DNA of 64,000 nt from an uncultured Acidobacteriota bacterium (GCA_963764715.1 CAVXTP010000022.1:32001-96000); one strand, 5' to 3'; positions 10,161-19,659 are shown, numbered from the stretch's first letter. The notes: a model not told the origin generated them from the sequence alone. Made by a program: numbers and translations.

Positions 10161-10311
10161 CAGGAATCAGGATATCACAATATCTTGCCCTTGCTTGGGC
10201 GGCCTCGGGCCGCTCGCATTGCTCGACACGTAGTATGCTGCAACGGCATAAGGAATCACACCAAGGATGGAGGCCGAATGGTGGCAGTCAGGACGAAGCG
10301 ATGAAGCCGCC

Positions 10312-10387
10312 GCCTAACCTGCGGGTGCAGCGGACGCGTTCATCGCCTTCGACTCTTCACGCGCCGCTGACCCGCCACCCGTTAGGC
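10312..10387 (+). repeat. attC-like site 1 (intact)
   Basis: R'' GCCTAAC and R' GTTAGGC; inner arm GCGGGT[G]CAGCGG[A]CGCGT pairs with ACGCGCCGCTGACCCGC, leaving two extrahelical bases. Confidence 0.88.
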
Positions 10388-10410
10388 GGCCGAAGACAGA
10401 AGGGAGCCTT

Positions 10411-11181
10411 GTGAAGGCGCTGCCAAGAGTTACCTGCTGGCTGTTTGCCTCGCTAGTCATGGCCACGTCAGCATGGCTGCGTGCTGATGAACGCCAGAGG
10501 CCGGCAGGTCGTCCGCTGAGTCAACGCAGCATCGTGACATGGCCGGCTGAATGGGGTGTTGACGAGCCAACGCTTTACCGCGTCTCCGCGATGGGATTCG
10601 CACCGCTATCCTCGACGCAGCAGTATGAGTCGGTGAATGGCGGCAAGAGATGCTTGGGCTCGACCTGCTCTTTCGGCTCTGCGCTTCCCCTTCCCTCCGG
10701 GGTTCTGATCACAGCGATCACCCTGGAAGCGTGCGACAGTGACACCACCAGCGTCGTGACACTGTCGCTGTACGAATGCGAGGGCGGTGCGTCGCCTGCC
10801 TGCACTCTGGTCGGTTCAGCCGACACTGGTATCCCGTACGAACTAGGCTGCGGGTACTACGGGGGAGATCCGCTGCCGTCACCGGTGACGGTTGAAAACA
10901 ACGCGATGACTTATTGGCTGGAAGCCCAGAGCAACGGCGCAAACGTCGAATTCAGGAGCGCAACAGTCTGGTACCAGCGGCAGGTCAGCCCGGCCCCGCT
11001 GGTAGCCACGTTTAATGACGTCCCAACAAGCCATCCACAGTTCCGGTTCATAGAGGCTCTCTCTCAATCGGGTATCACCGCAGGTTGCGGAGCAGGTAGT
11101 TTCTGTCCTGACGCAACAGTGACTCGAGCTCAACTAGCGGTCTTCCTGGCGAAGGCGCTGGGACTTCATTGGCCATTCTGA
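10411..11181 (+). CDS. Secreted protein with C-terminal SLH-like domain (cassette gene)
   Basis: Signal peptide; C-terminus FNDVPTSHPQF...GITAGC...FCPDATVTRAQLAVFL; AGGGAG RBS; lies between attC1 and attC2. Confidence 0.85.
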   Translation: MKALPRVTCWLFASLVMATSAWLRADERQRPAGRPLSQRSIVTWPAEWGVDEPTLYRVSAMGFAPLSSTQQYESVNGGKRCLGSTCSFGSALPLPSGVLITAITLEACDSDTTSVVTLSLYECEGGASPACTLVGSADTGIPYELGCGYYGGDPLPSPVTVENNAMTYWLEAQSNGANVEFRSATVWYQRQVSPAPLVATFNDVPTSHPQFRFIEALSQSGITAGCGAGSFCPDATVTRAQLAVFLAKALGLHWPF

Positions 11182-11257
11182 CCAGCGATCCGATGTCCAG
11201 AGTTAGTGGTCTGGCTACCGAGACGGAAAGGACGATCCAGTCAACCGAAGGGCGGCC

Positions 11258-11336
11258 GCCTAACCCGCAGGTGCAGCGGACCCGCGTGGCTCGCTGCGCT
11301 CGCCCCGGCTCGCCGCTGACCCGCCACCCCTTGGGC
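11258..11336 (+). repeat. attC-like site 2 (R' mutated GTT to CTT)
   Basis: GCCTAACCCGCAGGTGCAGCGGACCCG...CGCCGCTGACCCGCCACCCCTTGGGC. Confidence 0.82.
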
Positions 11337-14300
11337 GGCCTTCGCAAGCTGGTAGGGCACGCTTCCACCCCGGCCCGGCGACTGTTCCTGGTTCCGGTGG
11401 TTCTTTGGGCCGTCTTTGTCGGCGGAGCGGAGGCCCGCGTTCAGATCCTCGAGCCTTCCATGAGCGCGGCCCAGACCTTCGAGGTCCTTCACGTGTTCAG
11501 CAACGCGCTGGGCGCTCCTTCGAGCACCTTGGTCGAAGCGGATGGGGGCCTTGTCTACGGCACTACCCAAACCGGCGGCGTCTTCGGACTCGGCTCGGTA
11601 TTCGCACTGGTGCCGCGCGAAACCGGGGGCTATGACTTCGTTGAATTGCACGCCTTTAGTGGCCCAGACGGTGCCAACCCGGAGGCCGGCGTGACCCGCG
11701 CTCCGGATGGAAGCCTTTGGGGTACCGCCGTCAACGGGGGAGCTCACGAGGCGGGCACAGTCTTCAGCATCACGCCGAAGGGCCACCTCACGGTGATGCA
11801 CCAATTCAGTGGCCCTGACGGAAAGTACCCCGTCGCGGGCCTGACTCCGACGCCTAACGGCTCCTTCCTCGGCGTCACGAGGGAGGTTGACGGAGGCGGA
11901 GGCAGCATTTTCAAGATCGGACTTGACGGTCACTTCGAGTCGCTACACTTCTTCGGCGGGTGGGACGGTATCTCGCCTGTCAGCACTCTGGTGAGAGCCA
12001 GCGACGGCGCCTACTACGGCACGGCAATGTACGGAGGCTACGACGGTACCGTCTTTCGGATAGACGAAGTCGGAAACTTCACACGGCTCCACACCTTCCA
12101 AGGCGACGGGATGACTCCCCGCGGGGGACTGGTGCAGGGAGCCGACGGGTATCTCTACGGTACGACGGTCGGAGGAGGTGCATCGCACTTCGGAGTCGTG
12201 TTTCGGATGGATTTCGGTGGGAACACGACGGTGATCCACGACTTCGATGGTGCTCTCGCGCTCAATCCCTTGACCGGCCTCGTCCAGGTCGCACCCAATG
12301 TGTTTCGCGGCATGACGGCGAGCGGCGGCACCGCGGGTCAGGGAGTGATCTTTCAGATCGAGCCGAATGGTGTCTTCACGATGCTCCACAGCTTCGATGG
12401 ATCGGATGGAGCGACCCCGTTGGGGGCGCTCAGCGTGCGAAGCGACGGAGCGCTCCTCGGGACTACCGCCGCAGGGGGAAGTCAAGGCCTGGGCACCGTC
12501 TTCCAACTGGACCCTGGAAACACGTTGTCGACGCTTTCCGATTTCCAGGCGGATATTTCCGGACCGTTCAGCGCGCTGGTTCAAGCCACGGACGGGAGCC
12601 TCTATGGGGCGACCGCATGGCGCGGAAACAAAGACTTCGGCAGCATTTTTCGATCCGATCTCAGCGGTGTGGTTTCGAGCGTGTACGGTTCGCCGACTCT
12701 GGGTATCGCGAGTTACAGCGGCTCGTTGATCCAGGCTTCGGATGAGCGTTTGTATGGCTCGAGTTACGACCCCAGCGGCAATACCGGTCGAATCTTCAGC
12801 GTCGGGCTGGATGGGGATTTTCGTCTGATGCGGACGCTCACCCCGGACGAGGGATTGGCACTGCTCGGCGGCCTGGCGGAAGGCGGAGACGGCTGGCTCT
12901 ACGGAACGGCGCGCTTCGGCGGATCTTCGGGGCTCGGCACGATTTTTCGAATCGACACGGACGCCAATTTCGAGTTACTGCACACGTTCACGGGCACCGA
13001 TGGCTCCGAGCCTTGCGCGGCTCCTATTCAGGCTGCCGACGGCAACCTGTACGGTACGACTTTCTCCGGAGGGAGCGAAGGAGGTGGCACGGCCTTTCGC
13101 GTCGACGCAGCCGGGAACGTCGGATCGATCCACTCCTTTGTTTACGACGAAGGGGTTCGACCCTCGGCGTCCTTCGCTCCAGCATCCGACGGCACATTGC
13201 TCGGCAGTGCGACGATCGGCGGCGCAAACACGGCCGGGACGCTGTTCAAGATGTCTCTGGAGGGCAACGTCACTCCGTTCCATGCGTTTGTCGTCGCCAC
13301 GGGCTGGACTCCCGACACCACACTTCTGGCAGCTGGTGATGGGAGCTTTTTCGGGACAACCCTCTACGGCGGCCAGGGAGAACCACCCTGGGGCCATGGC
13401 ACCGTTTTCCGCGTCGACCCGAACGGAAACGTGGAAACTGTGCATGAATTCACCGGCGGGCCCGGCGGCGGTTTCCCGTGCTGTGCGCTCACGCAGGCTA
13501 GTGACGGCAACTTCTACGGGGTCGCCGGCGAAGGAATCGGGAATCGCGGCGTCATCTACCGACTCCTCGCGAATCCTCCGGAGACCACGTTGGATTCGAT
13601 TTCCCCCAGCTCGGGTCGGGCTCAGGGAGGCACGTCGATCCAATTGGCGGGGATTCATTTTCGCCCCGGGATGCTCATCTCCATTGGTGACGCCCCCGCC
13701 ACCGGAATAGTCGAGGTCGACTATCGAGCGATTCGGTCGCTCAGTCCCATCCTCGTGCCTGGGAAACTCTACGACGTGGTCCTTTCGACATCCGACGGAG
13801 CCGAGCCAGCCACCCTGCCGGATGGCTGGTTTGCGGACTTCCTCGATGTACCATCGAGTCAACCGTTCCACGATGCGATCGAGGAGATAGTTCGGTCTGG
13901 ACTCACAGCGGGGTGCGGCAACGGTAACTATTGCCCGGACAGTCCCGTCACTCGCGCCCAGAGTGCGGTCTTCCTGCTGAAGGCCGCGCACGGCCCGGAC
14001 TACACGCCGCCAGCGTGCCAGGGGCTTTTCGGCGACGTGGCCTGTCCCTCGCAGTTTGCCGACTGGATCGAGCAGCTGGCTGCAGAGGGAATCACCGGAG
14101 GGTGCGGTGGAGCGAATTTCTGTCCTGCAAGCCTGGTAACCCGCGAACAGATTGCAGTGCTGCTCCTCAAAACGAAGCATGGACCGGATTACGAACCGCC
14201 AGTTTGTTCCGGAATCTTCACGGACGTTCAGTGCCCGAGCACATACGCAGCGTGGATCGAGGCTCTGTACGACGAGAACGTCACGGCCGGATGCTCCAGC

Positions 14301-14384
14301 GAGCCGCGAAACTACTGCCCGGGCGATTCCGTGAGTCGAGGCCAACACGCAGTATTTCTGAGCAACACGTTTAAATTGCAATAG
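11331..14384 (+). CDS. Large surface protein: tandem Gloeo_Verruco (GloVer)-like repeats, IPT/TIG domain and three SLH domains (start uncertain, 11331-11460)
   Basis: Repeated GTVF..LH.F.G.DG..P...L....DG.LYGTT units, then SISPSSGRAQGGT, then three F.DV...I..L...G.T.GC...C...VTR.Q.AV motifs; signal-like stretch LFLVPVVLWAVFVGGAEA. Confidence 0.85.
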   Translation: MGGLRKLVGHASTPARRLFLVPVVLWAVFVGGAEARVQILEPSMSAAQTFEVLHVFSNALGAPSSTLVEADGGLVYGTTQTGGVFGLGSVFALVPRETGGYDFVELHAFSGPDGANPEAGVTRAPDGSLWGTAVNGGAHEAGTVFSITPKGHLTVMHQFSGPDGKYPVAGLTPTPNGSFLGVTREVDGGGGSIFKIGLDGHFESLHFFGGWDGISPVSTLVRASDGAYYGTAMYGGYDGTVFRIDEVGNFTRLHTFQGDGMTPRGGLVQGADGYLYGTTVGGGASHFGVVFRMDFGGNTTVIHDFDGALALNPLTGLVQVAPNVFRGMTASGGTAGQGVIFQIEPNGVFTMLHSFDGSDGATPLGALSVRSDGALLGTTAAGGSQGLGTVFQLDPGNTLSTLSDFQADISGPFSALVQATDGSLYGATAWRGNKDFGSIFRSDLSGVVSSVYGSPTLGIASYSGSLIQASDERLYGSSYDPSGNTGRIFSVGLDGDFRLMRTLTPDEGLALLGGLAEGGDGWLYGTARFGGSSGLGTIFRIDTDANFELLHTFTGTDGSEPCAAPIQAADGNLYGTTFSGGSEGGGTAFRVDAAGNVGSIHSFVYDEGVRPSASFAPASDGTLLGSATIGGANTAGTLFKMSLEGNVTPFHAFVVATGWTPDTTLLAAGDGSFFGTTLYGGQGEPPWGHGTVFRVDPNGNVETVHEFTGGPGGGFPCCALTQASDGNFYGVAGEGIGNRGVIYRLLANPPETTLDSISPSSGRAQGGTSIQLAGIHFRPGMLISIGDAPATGIVEVDYRAIRSLSPILVPGKLYDVVLSTSDGAEPATLPDGWFADFLDVPSSQPFHDAIEEIVRSGLTAGCGNGNYCPDSPVTRAQSAVFLLKAAHGPDYTPPACQGLFGDVACPSQFADWIEQLAAEGITGGCGGANFCPASLVTREQIAVLLLKTKHGPDYEPPVCSGIFTDVQCPSTYAAWIEALYDENVTAGCSSEPRNYCPGDSVSRGQHAVFLSNTFKLQ

Positions 14385-14414
14385 CGCAATGACGAAGCTG
14401 CTGACTTCGCAGGA

Positions 14415-14447
14415 GGCTCGCCGCTGACCCGCCACCCGTTAGGCGGC
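14415..14447 (+). repeat. attC-like site 3 (right half only)
   Basis: GGCTCGCCGCTGACCCGCCACCCGTTAGGCGGC, near identical to the right arms of sites 1 and 2. Confidence 0.8.
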
Positions 14448-14459
14448 GCGATCAGGCTG

Positions 14460-15206
14460 TTGGGGCTACTCACCGCACTCATGCCAGCTGCCTCCGCGGC
14501 ATCTGCAGCTACCAGGCTGATTGTGTCCAACGACCCTTGCCTTGCATCGCTCTGTCCCGCAACGCGGCCACCGTGGCCCACCTGGGTCGAGGCGGGGTCG
14601 AGCTTTGCGCTCATTGTGTTGGCCGTCGACGACTTTGGAGTTCTTGACCCGTCCTACACGGGAACTGTGACGCTCTCCACCACCGATCCGCAAGCCACCT
14701 TGCCCCCGGACTACACGTTTACCCTTGCAGACTCTGGCAGAAAGATGCTCAACGGCGCGGTCTTGCGTAGCCCCGGGGCGCAGCGCGTGGCGGCTGCAGA
14801 TCTCTCCCTTGACGTGCTGCCGGGGAGTTTCGGATTGACCGTGTACCAAATCGGGTCGTGCATTCCTAGCGTAACAACCCTATGCCTTGCTCGGGGCCGG
14901 TTTCAGGTCGATGCCAGATGGCGGCGCTCAACCGAGCCTACAACTTCGACGGCGACCTCGGTGTCGCTCACATCGGATACCGGCTACTTCTGGTTCTTCA
15001 GCCCGAGTAACATCGAGGTTGTCGTCAAAGTCCTGAATGCTTGCTCTTTCGATGCCCACTGGTGGGTTTTCGCAGGAGGCTTGACCAGTGTTGAAGTGAC
15101 TCTCACGGTGGTTGATAGCGAGGCAGGAACAGTGAGGAGCTACACGAACCTGGCTGGCGGCGCATTTCAGCCGATTCAAGACACGGTAGCTTTTGATTGT
15201 CCTTGA
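14460..15206 (+). CDS. Secreted hypothetical protein (cassette gene): Ig-like segment plus conserved C-terminal domain
   Basis: Starts just after attC3; C-terminus LCL..GRFQV...GYFWFFSPSNIEVVVKVLNAC...WVFAGGLT is a motif I recall from Acidobacteriota surface proteins. Confidence 0.75.
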   Translation: MGLLTALMPAASAASAATRLIVSNDPCLASLCPATRPPWPTWVEAGSSFALIVLAVDDFGVLDPSYTGTVTLSTTDPQATLPPDYTFTLADSGRKMLNGAVLRSPGAQRVAAADLSLDVLPGSFGLTVYQIGSCIPSVTTLCLARGRFQVDARWRRSTEPTTSTATSVSLTSDTGYFWFFSPSNIEVVVKVLNACSFDAHWWVFAGGLTSVEVTLTVVDSEAGTVRSYTNLAGGAFQPIQDTVAFDCP

Positions 15207-15254
15207 GGAGCAACCGGGCTTGCCGACGTGTGCTGCAGTGATTGCGACCATGAC

Positions 15255-15280
15255 GCCGCCTAACTCGCGGGTGCAGCGGA
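15255..15280 (+). repeat. attC-like site 4 (left half only)
   Basis: GCCGCCTAACTCGCGGGTGCAGCGGA matches the left arms of sites 1 and 2; the right arm is not recognisable. Confidence 0.78.
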
Positions 15281-15305
15281 TCTTCCCTTCGCTGGGGTCA
15301 CTCGG

Positions 15306-15794
15306 TTAGCGTTTCTCGCCACTTGCCGACGCGCCTGGCCCGGGATGTCCCAAGTCTGGGACCCGTCGCGCGCTCACGAATTCCGCCAGGTCGCCGGGCG
15401 AGAAGCGCAAGGTGTCGGCGCCGATCCTCACTGCGGTGATTCGGCGTTGGTGAACCAACCTGTAGATAGTCGGCAGGCTGACTCCCAGCCGTCGGGCGGC
15501 TCCCTTTGCGTCCAGGAGGTCAGTCTCAGGCGTAACGGCGGTGGTCGTTGCCGCCGCCAGCGATAGATTGCGAGCGGCCAGGGCCGCGCTTAGCCTGGCA
15601 GCCGCGCCCAGCAGGTCCAGACAGGCCTCGGCGCCCAATGAGGGAACGGCGGCCTCGATGTCGGCGAGGGCCTGCGCGGGGGACAATTGAGGGACAGCCG
15701 AGGGAAAGCCACTGGCCACACGCAACTTAGGGCGGCCCTGTCGGTGCGGCACCGATTGCTCCCTCGGTGGCTCGATCCGCTCCTTCCGGCTCAT
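15306..15794 (-). CDS. Excisionase-like HTH (HTH_17/MerR-like) protein
   Basis: LLDAKGAARRLGVSLPTIYRLVHQRRITAVRIG..LRFS..DL; ATG overlaps the upstream stop (ATGA). Confidence 0.8.
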   Translation of the reverse strand: MSRKERIEPPREQSVPHRQGRPKLRVASGFPSAVPQLSPAQALADIEAAVPSLGAEACLDLLGAAARLSAALAARNLSLAAATTTAVTPETDLLDAKGAARRLGVSLPTIYRLVHQRRITAVRIGADTLRFSPGDLAEFVSARRVPDLGHPGPGASASGEKR

Positions 15795-16117
15795 GCAGCC
15801 GGTCCCGTCCCGTTTGGGGCACGGCGACGGCCTTCCGCGAGCTGGCGGCGGTGGTCGGCGCAGCAGGACGGGCAGAGGTAGATCCGCTGCCCGTGACCGA
15901 GCTCGACCAGCATTGAGAGGCACCACGTCAGACACTGGCCGCACTGATTCTGTGTCGGGATGACGGTCGCTGACTCGGTACGCACGAGCGGGGCGGGGTA
16001 GCCGGTGAGGTCGGCAACTCGGGCCTGGTAGGCCGGAGCAGCCGGTTTCACGTCGGGGTTCACCGGTGGCCTGGGCTCTGCTCCGAGGGCGCGCCGGGCG
16101 ATCTTCAGGTAGTTCAC
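15791..16117 (-). CDS. Hypothetical protein with possible Zn finger
   Basis: MNYLKIARRAL... with CGQC and CPSC pairs; stop coupled to the downstream xis-like start. Confidence 0.55.
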   Translation of the reverse strand: MNYLKIARRALGAEPRPPVNPDVKPAAPAYQARVADLTGYPAPLVRTESATVIPTQNQCGQCLTWCLSMLVELGHGQRIYLCPSCCADHRRQLAEGRRRAPNGTGPAA

Positions 16118-16136
16118 GGGCTGGACTCCGCGGGGT

Positions 16137-16213
16137 ACGAAATGAACGAAATCGACGAAGGACGGCCAATCCCAGCGAAGGCCGGACGCCCGGAATTCGT
16201 CGAATTCGTTTCG
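16137..16213. repeat. Iteron-like converging repeats, putative replication origin
   Basis: ACGAA at 16137, 16146 and 16155; inverted TTCGT at 16196 and 16205; 9-bp period. Confidence 0.55.
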
Positions 16214-16220
16214 GGACGCA

Positions 16221-18317
16221 TTACAGGGCAATCCACCGTTCCGCGGTTCGACTTCCGGACCCGGCAAGGACGGGCGTGGCGAGCCCCGCCGTTCTCAGCA
16301 ACTCGAGCGCCCGGTCGATTTCCTCGGCCGCGACGTTCCGCTGGAACAGGCCGGAGATGTCGGTGCGCGTCAACCCGTGCTCGGACCGGCGAAGGGCCGG
16401 AAGGATCTTGTCGGCCGTCGGGTCTCCCAGCGACTCCCCGAAGATGTGACGCGCGGAATCCTCCGCGTACGTCCAAACCGCCAGTGCTGCGAGGAGATGC
16501 TGCTCCCGGATCAGCTGCGAGCCGTCCAGGAGAGCGTAGAGAAGTGAGAGCCGGAGCACCTGGGCTTCCGCCCGGGAGGTGAGGGACCCGAACATTCCGA
16601 GGCGGTCTCTGGACAGGACCGGGTAGACGTCGTGCCACGCGCGGGTCGCTCTCTGGTCGCGCTCCACTTCGCGTAGCTGCCGGGCGGCCTCGAGAATGCG
16701 TGTTGTTTCCCGCGCCAGACGTTCGAGCTCCGGGGCCGGCGGAGACCCGCCGTCCGGAAGACACTTCGATCGGGCCACGGCTATCCAGAGGAAGCGGTTG
16801 CCGAACCCGTTGGCCGTTTCGGTGGTTCCGAGGTTTCGCAGGAGCTCCTGGCGAGTGATGTGGCCCAGGACGGATATGTGGGCGCCCGTGGCCACCTCGG
16901 GATTGTTCTTCGTGAGCACCCGAAGGTCGCCCGTGTCCCATGCCTGTCGGACGACGGCGGAGAGGATGTTCCCGTCACGTGCCATGACGCGAAGCGTCGA
17001 CGCGAACTCCGCCTCGATGACCATCAGGCGCTTGTCCTGGACGCCCTCGTCGACGCGGACCATCTGATAGTCGACCACTCGCCCCTTTTCCTTGACGGGC
17101 TCCTCCTCCATCCGCGCGTCACGAACGGCGTGGATCAGTCCCTCGCCGCTCGACAGGCCCGACTGGATCCGGTTGCTGGTCCAGTCCGTGTCGGCCGCGC
17201 GAAGGACGCGCCGAACATCGCTCTCCGCCGTCCCTTTCCGTCCCCGGGACGTGTTGCCGACGAGGACGCCGAACAAGTTGCAGCGGTGCTCGACCGCCCC
17301 GACGCGGCAGAACGGGCCCCGGCCGATCGCGTTGCCCGCCATGATGAGGAAGTGAACGAGTACGGCGGCGGGATCGGCTTCCGTGAAAGGCTCCACGGTC
17401 CGCACGACGTCCCCTGCCACGCCGTGGTAGGCGTCGTTGTCCAGGGGCTTCGGCCAGGCGGCAGTCGGGGAGCTGGGCACCGTGACGGTCGATTCGATGG
17501 CGGTGGAGACTCCCAGCCAGCGGAACGCGGTGTCGAGCACCACTTCCGGGAAGTAGTCGCGAAGCCGGCTCCCGCCGGTCGTCGGGTTGCCGGCGGCGAG
17601 TTGCTGCGCCGTGTCGCGCACGTCGCTCGCGACTTTGCGCCGGTCCGCGCCGACGGCCTCCGCCATAACGTCGAGGAACTCCGTGGTACGGACCTCCGAC
17701 CATCCGTGTCGAAGAAGGAACCCGGCGAGCGCGAGTGTTGCGTCGTGCCGCTGTCCGTCCTGCCAGAAGCGCGCGAGGAGTGCGCAGGCGGCGATTTGCG
17801 AGGCGACGTTACGAAGATCGGCCACAGCGATGTCGGCTAGGTCCCCGAGTTCCTCCCATTCGACCGTCTCGCCGGACGGGTGGGTGCTCGGCTCCGCCAA
17901 GGTCTGACAGCCGGAGCCACGAAGCTCGAGCAGCATCACCTTCTTCGAGCCCAGGCCGGCAGGCACCTCAAACGTCTCCCGGCGGATCTCGTCGCCGATG
18001 GCCCTGTAGTAGTGGTGGGAGGAGCGCTTGCCCTTGCGTCCGTGCCGCCATCCCGTGCGCGGTAGCCAGCGGCGCGCTGCGACCACTGCCTCTGGTGCGT
18101 CGAGGTCTACGTCGATCAGCCCGTTGGAAGCGGCTCCCGTGAGGATCCCGATGTTCGCGGCGGGGTCGAAAATCGAGTCCACCCGTTCTGGGGAAACCCG
18201 GAGATCCTGCCAACCCGAAAGGCGGGGGCCCTTCTCGCCCCGCGGGACTGGAACCGGGTAGATGCCCAGGTCGAGGTAGGCAAGGGCGGCGGCGCGGGTG
18301 TCGGAGTAGCTTCCCAT
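16221..18317 (-). CDS. Bifunctional primase-polymerase fused to DUF3987 (helicase-like) replication protein
   Basis: N-terminal YLDLGIYPVPV..K.P...W, NIGILTG, IDVDLD and HHYY; C-terminal GNTSRGRKGT, GLSSGEGLI, SVLGHIT and NGFGNRF. Confidence 0.85.
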   Translation of the reverse strand: MGSYSDTRAAALAYLDLGIYPVPVPRGEKGPRLSGWQDLRVSPERVDSIFDPAANIGILTGAASNGLIDVDLDAPEAVVAARRWLPRTGWRHGRKGKRSSHHYYRAIGDEIRRETFEVPAGLGSKKVMLLELRGSGCQTLAEPSTHPSGETVEWEELGDLADIAVADLRNVASQIAACALLARFWQDGQRHDATLALAGFLLRHGWSEVRTTEFLDVMAEAVGADRRKVASDVRDTAQQLAAGNPTTGGSRLRDYFPEVVLDTAFRWLGVSTAIESTVTVPSSPTAAWPKPLDNDAYHGVAGDVVRTVEPFTEADPAAVLVHFLIMAGNAIGRGPFCRVGAVEHRCNLFGVLVGNTSRGRKGTAESDVRRVLRAADTDWTSNRIQSGLSSGEGLIHAVRDARMEEEPVKEKGRVVDYQMVRVDEGVQDKRLMVIEAEFASTLRVMARDGNILSAVVRQAWDTGDLRVLTKNNPEVATGAHISVLGHITRQELLRNLGTTETANGFGNRFLWIAVARSKCLPDGGSPPAPELERLARETTRILEAARQLREVERDQRATRAWHDVYPVLSRDRLGMFGSLTSRAEAQVLRLSLLYALLDGSQLIREQHLLAALAVWTYAEDSARHIFGESLGDPTADKILPALRRSEHGLTRTDISGLFQRNVAAEEIDRALELLRTAGLATPVLAGSGSRTAERWIAL

Positions 18318-18375
18318 GTTCGGGACCCATGATCGACGGCTACCCGAACAGAAGCGAGGGACACAATTCGGCGAA

Positions 18376-19143
18376 TTATGTCCGCCGTTTTTCGGGTCGC
18401 CCTGGCGAGGGCTCCCGACGCGTAGCGAGCCTGCCGATCCTGTCGATCTCGCGGATGGCGGCGGAGATGTCGGTCTGGGGCGTGCCCTTCTTGTACTCCA
18501 TGAACCAGAGCGCGGTTGCTTCGCGCGGCGATAAGCCCGCGCGGTACCGACCCGAGCGCAACCGAGACAGTGCTCGGGCAAGCCCGGGGACAAAGGCGGC
18601 CGGAACTTCGGGAACGCGCGAACCTGGCTGCTCGAGCGCTTTGGCAATCTCGCTGGGGCGGTTCAGTGTACGTGGGACCAACCGTCGCGCTTTCGCGAGC
18701 CAGTTCACCATCTCGCGGTAGAGCTTCCAGTCCTGAATGTCGCCGAGGTTTTGATACAGAGGCCTTTCGGGTCTTCCGGCACCCTTCTGCCGCATGGCGA
18801 TCAGGTCGCCGATATCGTCGATGATCTCGTCGCCTTCGTTGCGGACACCGATGTATCGAGTCATTCGCCAGAACCTTAACGACCAGATCAGCTTCGTGCA
18901 GTTGAGGGGGTCCGGCGTGTTCGTCACGTTCAGCATCGGAATCGCCGCCTGCAGCAACGCCAGGATCTCGGCGGGCGACATGATCGACTTTTTCACGGCG
19001 TCGGGTTGCTGTTCTCGCACCCACACCTCCGCATCGACCGCGTATCGCAGAGTTGCGACGGGATCAGGGCCCATCGTCTTCAACCGCTCGGCAAGAGCCA
19101 GGATCCTTTCGCGCTCCTCTACCGTAAGAGACGTTTCCGTCAT
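18376..19143 (-). CDS. Hypothetical protein (element core)
   Basis: 255-aa ORF with natural composition, GGAGG-like sequence upstream, co-oriented with the primase. Confidence 0.65.
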   Translation of the reverse strand: MTETSLTVEERERILALAERLKTMGPDPVATLRYAVDAEVWVREQQPDAVKKSIMSPAEILALLQAAIPMLNVTNTPDPLNCTKLIWSLRFWRMTRYIGVRNEGDEIIDDIGDLIAMRQKGAGRPERPLYQNLGDIQDWKLYREMVNWLAKARRLVPRTLNRPSEIAKALEQPGSRVPEVPAAFVPGLARALSRLRSGRYRAGLSPREATALWFMEYKKGTPQTDISAAIREIDRIGRLATRREPSPGRPEKRRT

Positions 19144-19285
19144 GCCTCGCGCCTCCGCCCCGCAACGAGTCAGGGCGGAAGCGTGCGAGGCGATCGCTTG
19201 TCGGCGAAGTGATCAGCTGCGCCTATCCGCCGATGCGATTATCCCTCTGGGATCCGAGAGTGGGGGTGGCAGCGACCGGACAGCA

Positions 19286-19402
19286 CTGCAGCGGACTCGC
19301 GGCCTCGCGACTATAAGGCTGGTCGGGGTGCCGCAACCCGCCCGGCGGTTCAGACCCCTGTCCGGCGTCGGCTCGCCGCTGAACGGCTGCCCGTCAGGCG
19401 GC
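19286..19402 (+). repeat. attC-like site 5 (long, degenerate)
   Basis: Left arm CTGCAGCGGACTCG and right arm GCTCGCCGCTGAACGGCTGCCCGTCAGGCGGC; R'' is lost and R' is GTC. Confidence 0.6.
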
Positions 19403-19659
19403 CAAAGGTCATGACGTTCTCACGTCTCGAAGAAGACCTGGCAGGTGACTTTGCGAAGCTGGATCTCGGCCTCTGGGAGGTTTTCCAGTTTGGCGGCTGC
19501 ACTCACCGGGCCGGTGTTGGCGCTATCTAGTTGTCTCCAATTCGGCCGCGATAAGCACCTTATGGGCGAGCGAGTTGCGGTCCGAGCATGCAAACGCTCT
19601 AGCGTGGGCGAGCGTCCCATCGCTTAGAATAGGTGCCGTACACAACGTCGGAGGCCAGA

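Noticed and set aside
10115-10414. 99-aa ORF, and the PPN..VQRT..PLTRHPLGG peptide shared with the 11169 ORF extension
   Set aside because: The shared peptide is just the translated attC repeat, not a protein domain.
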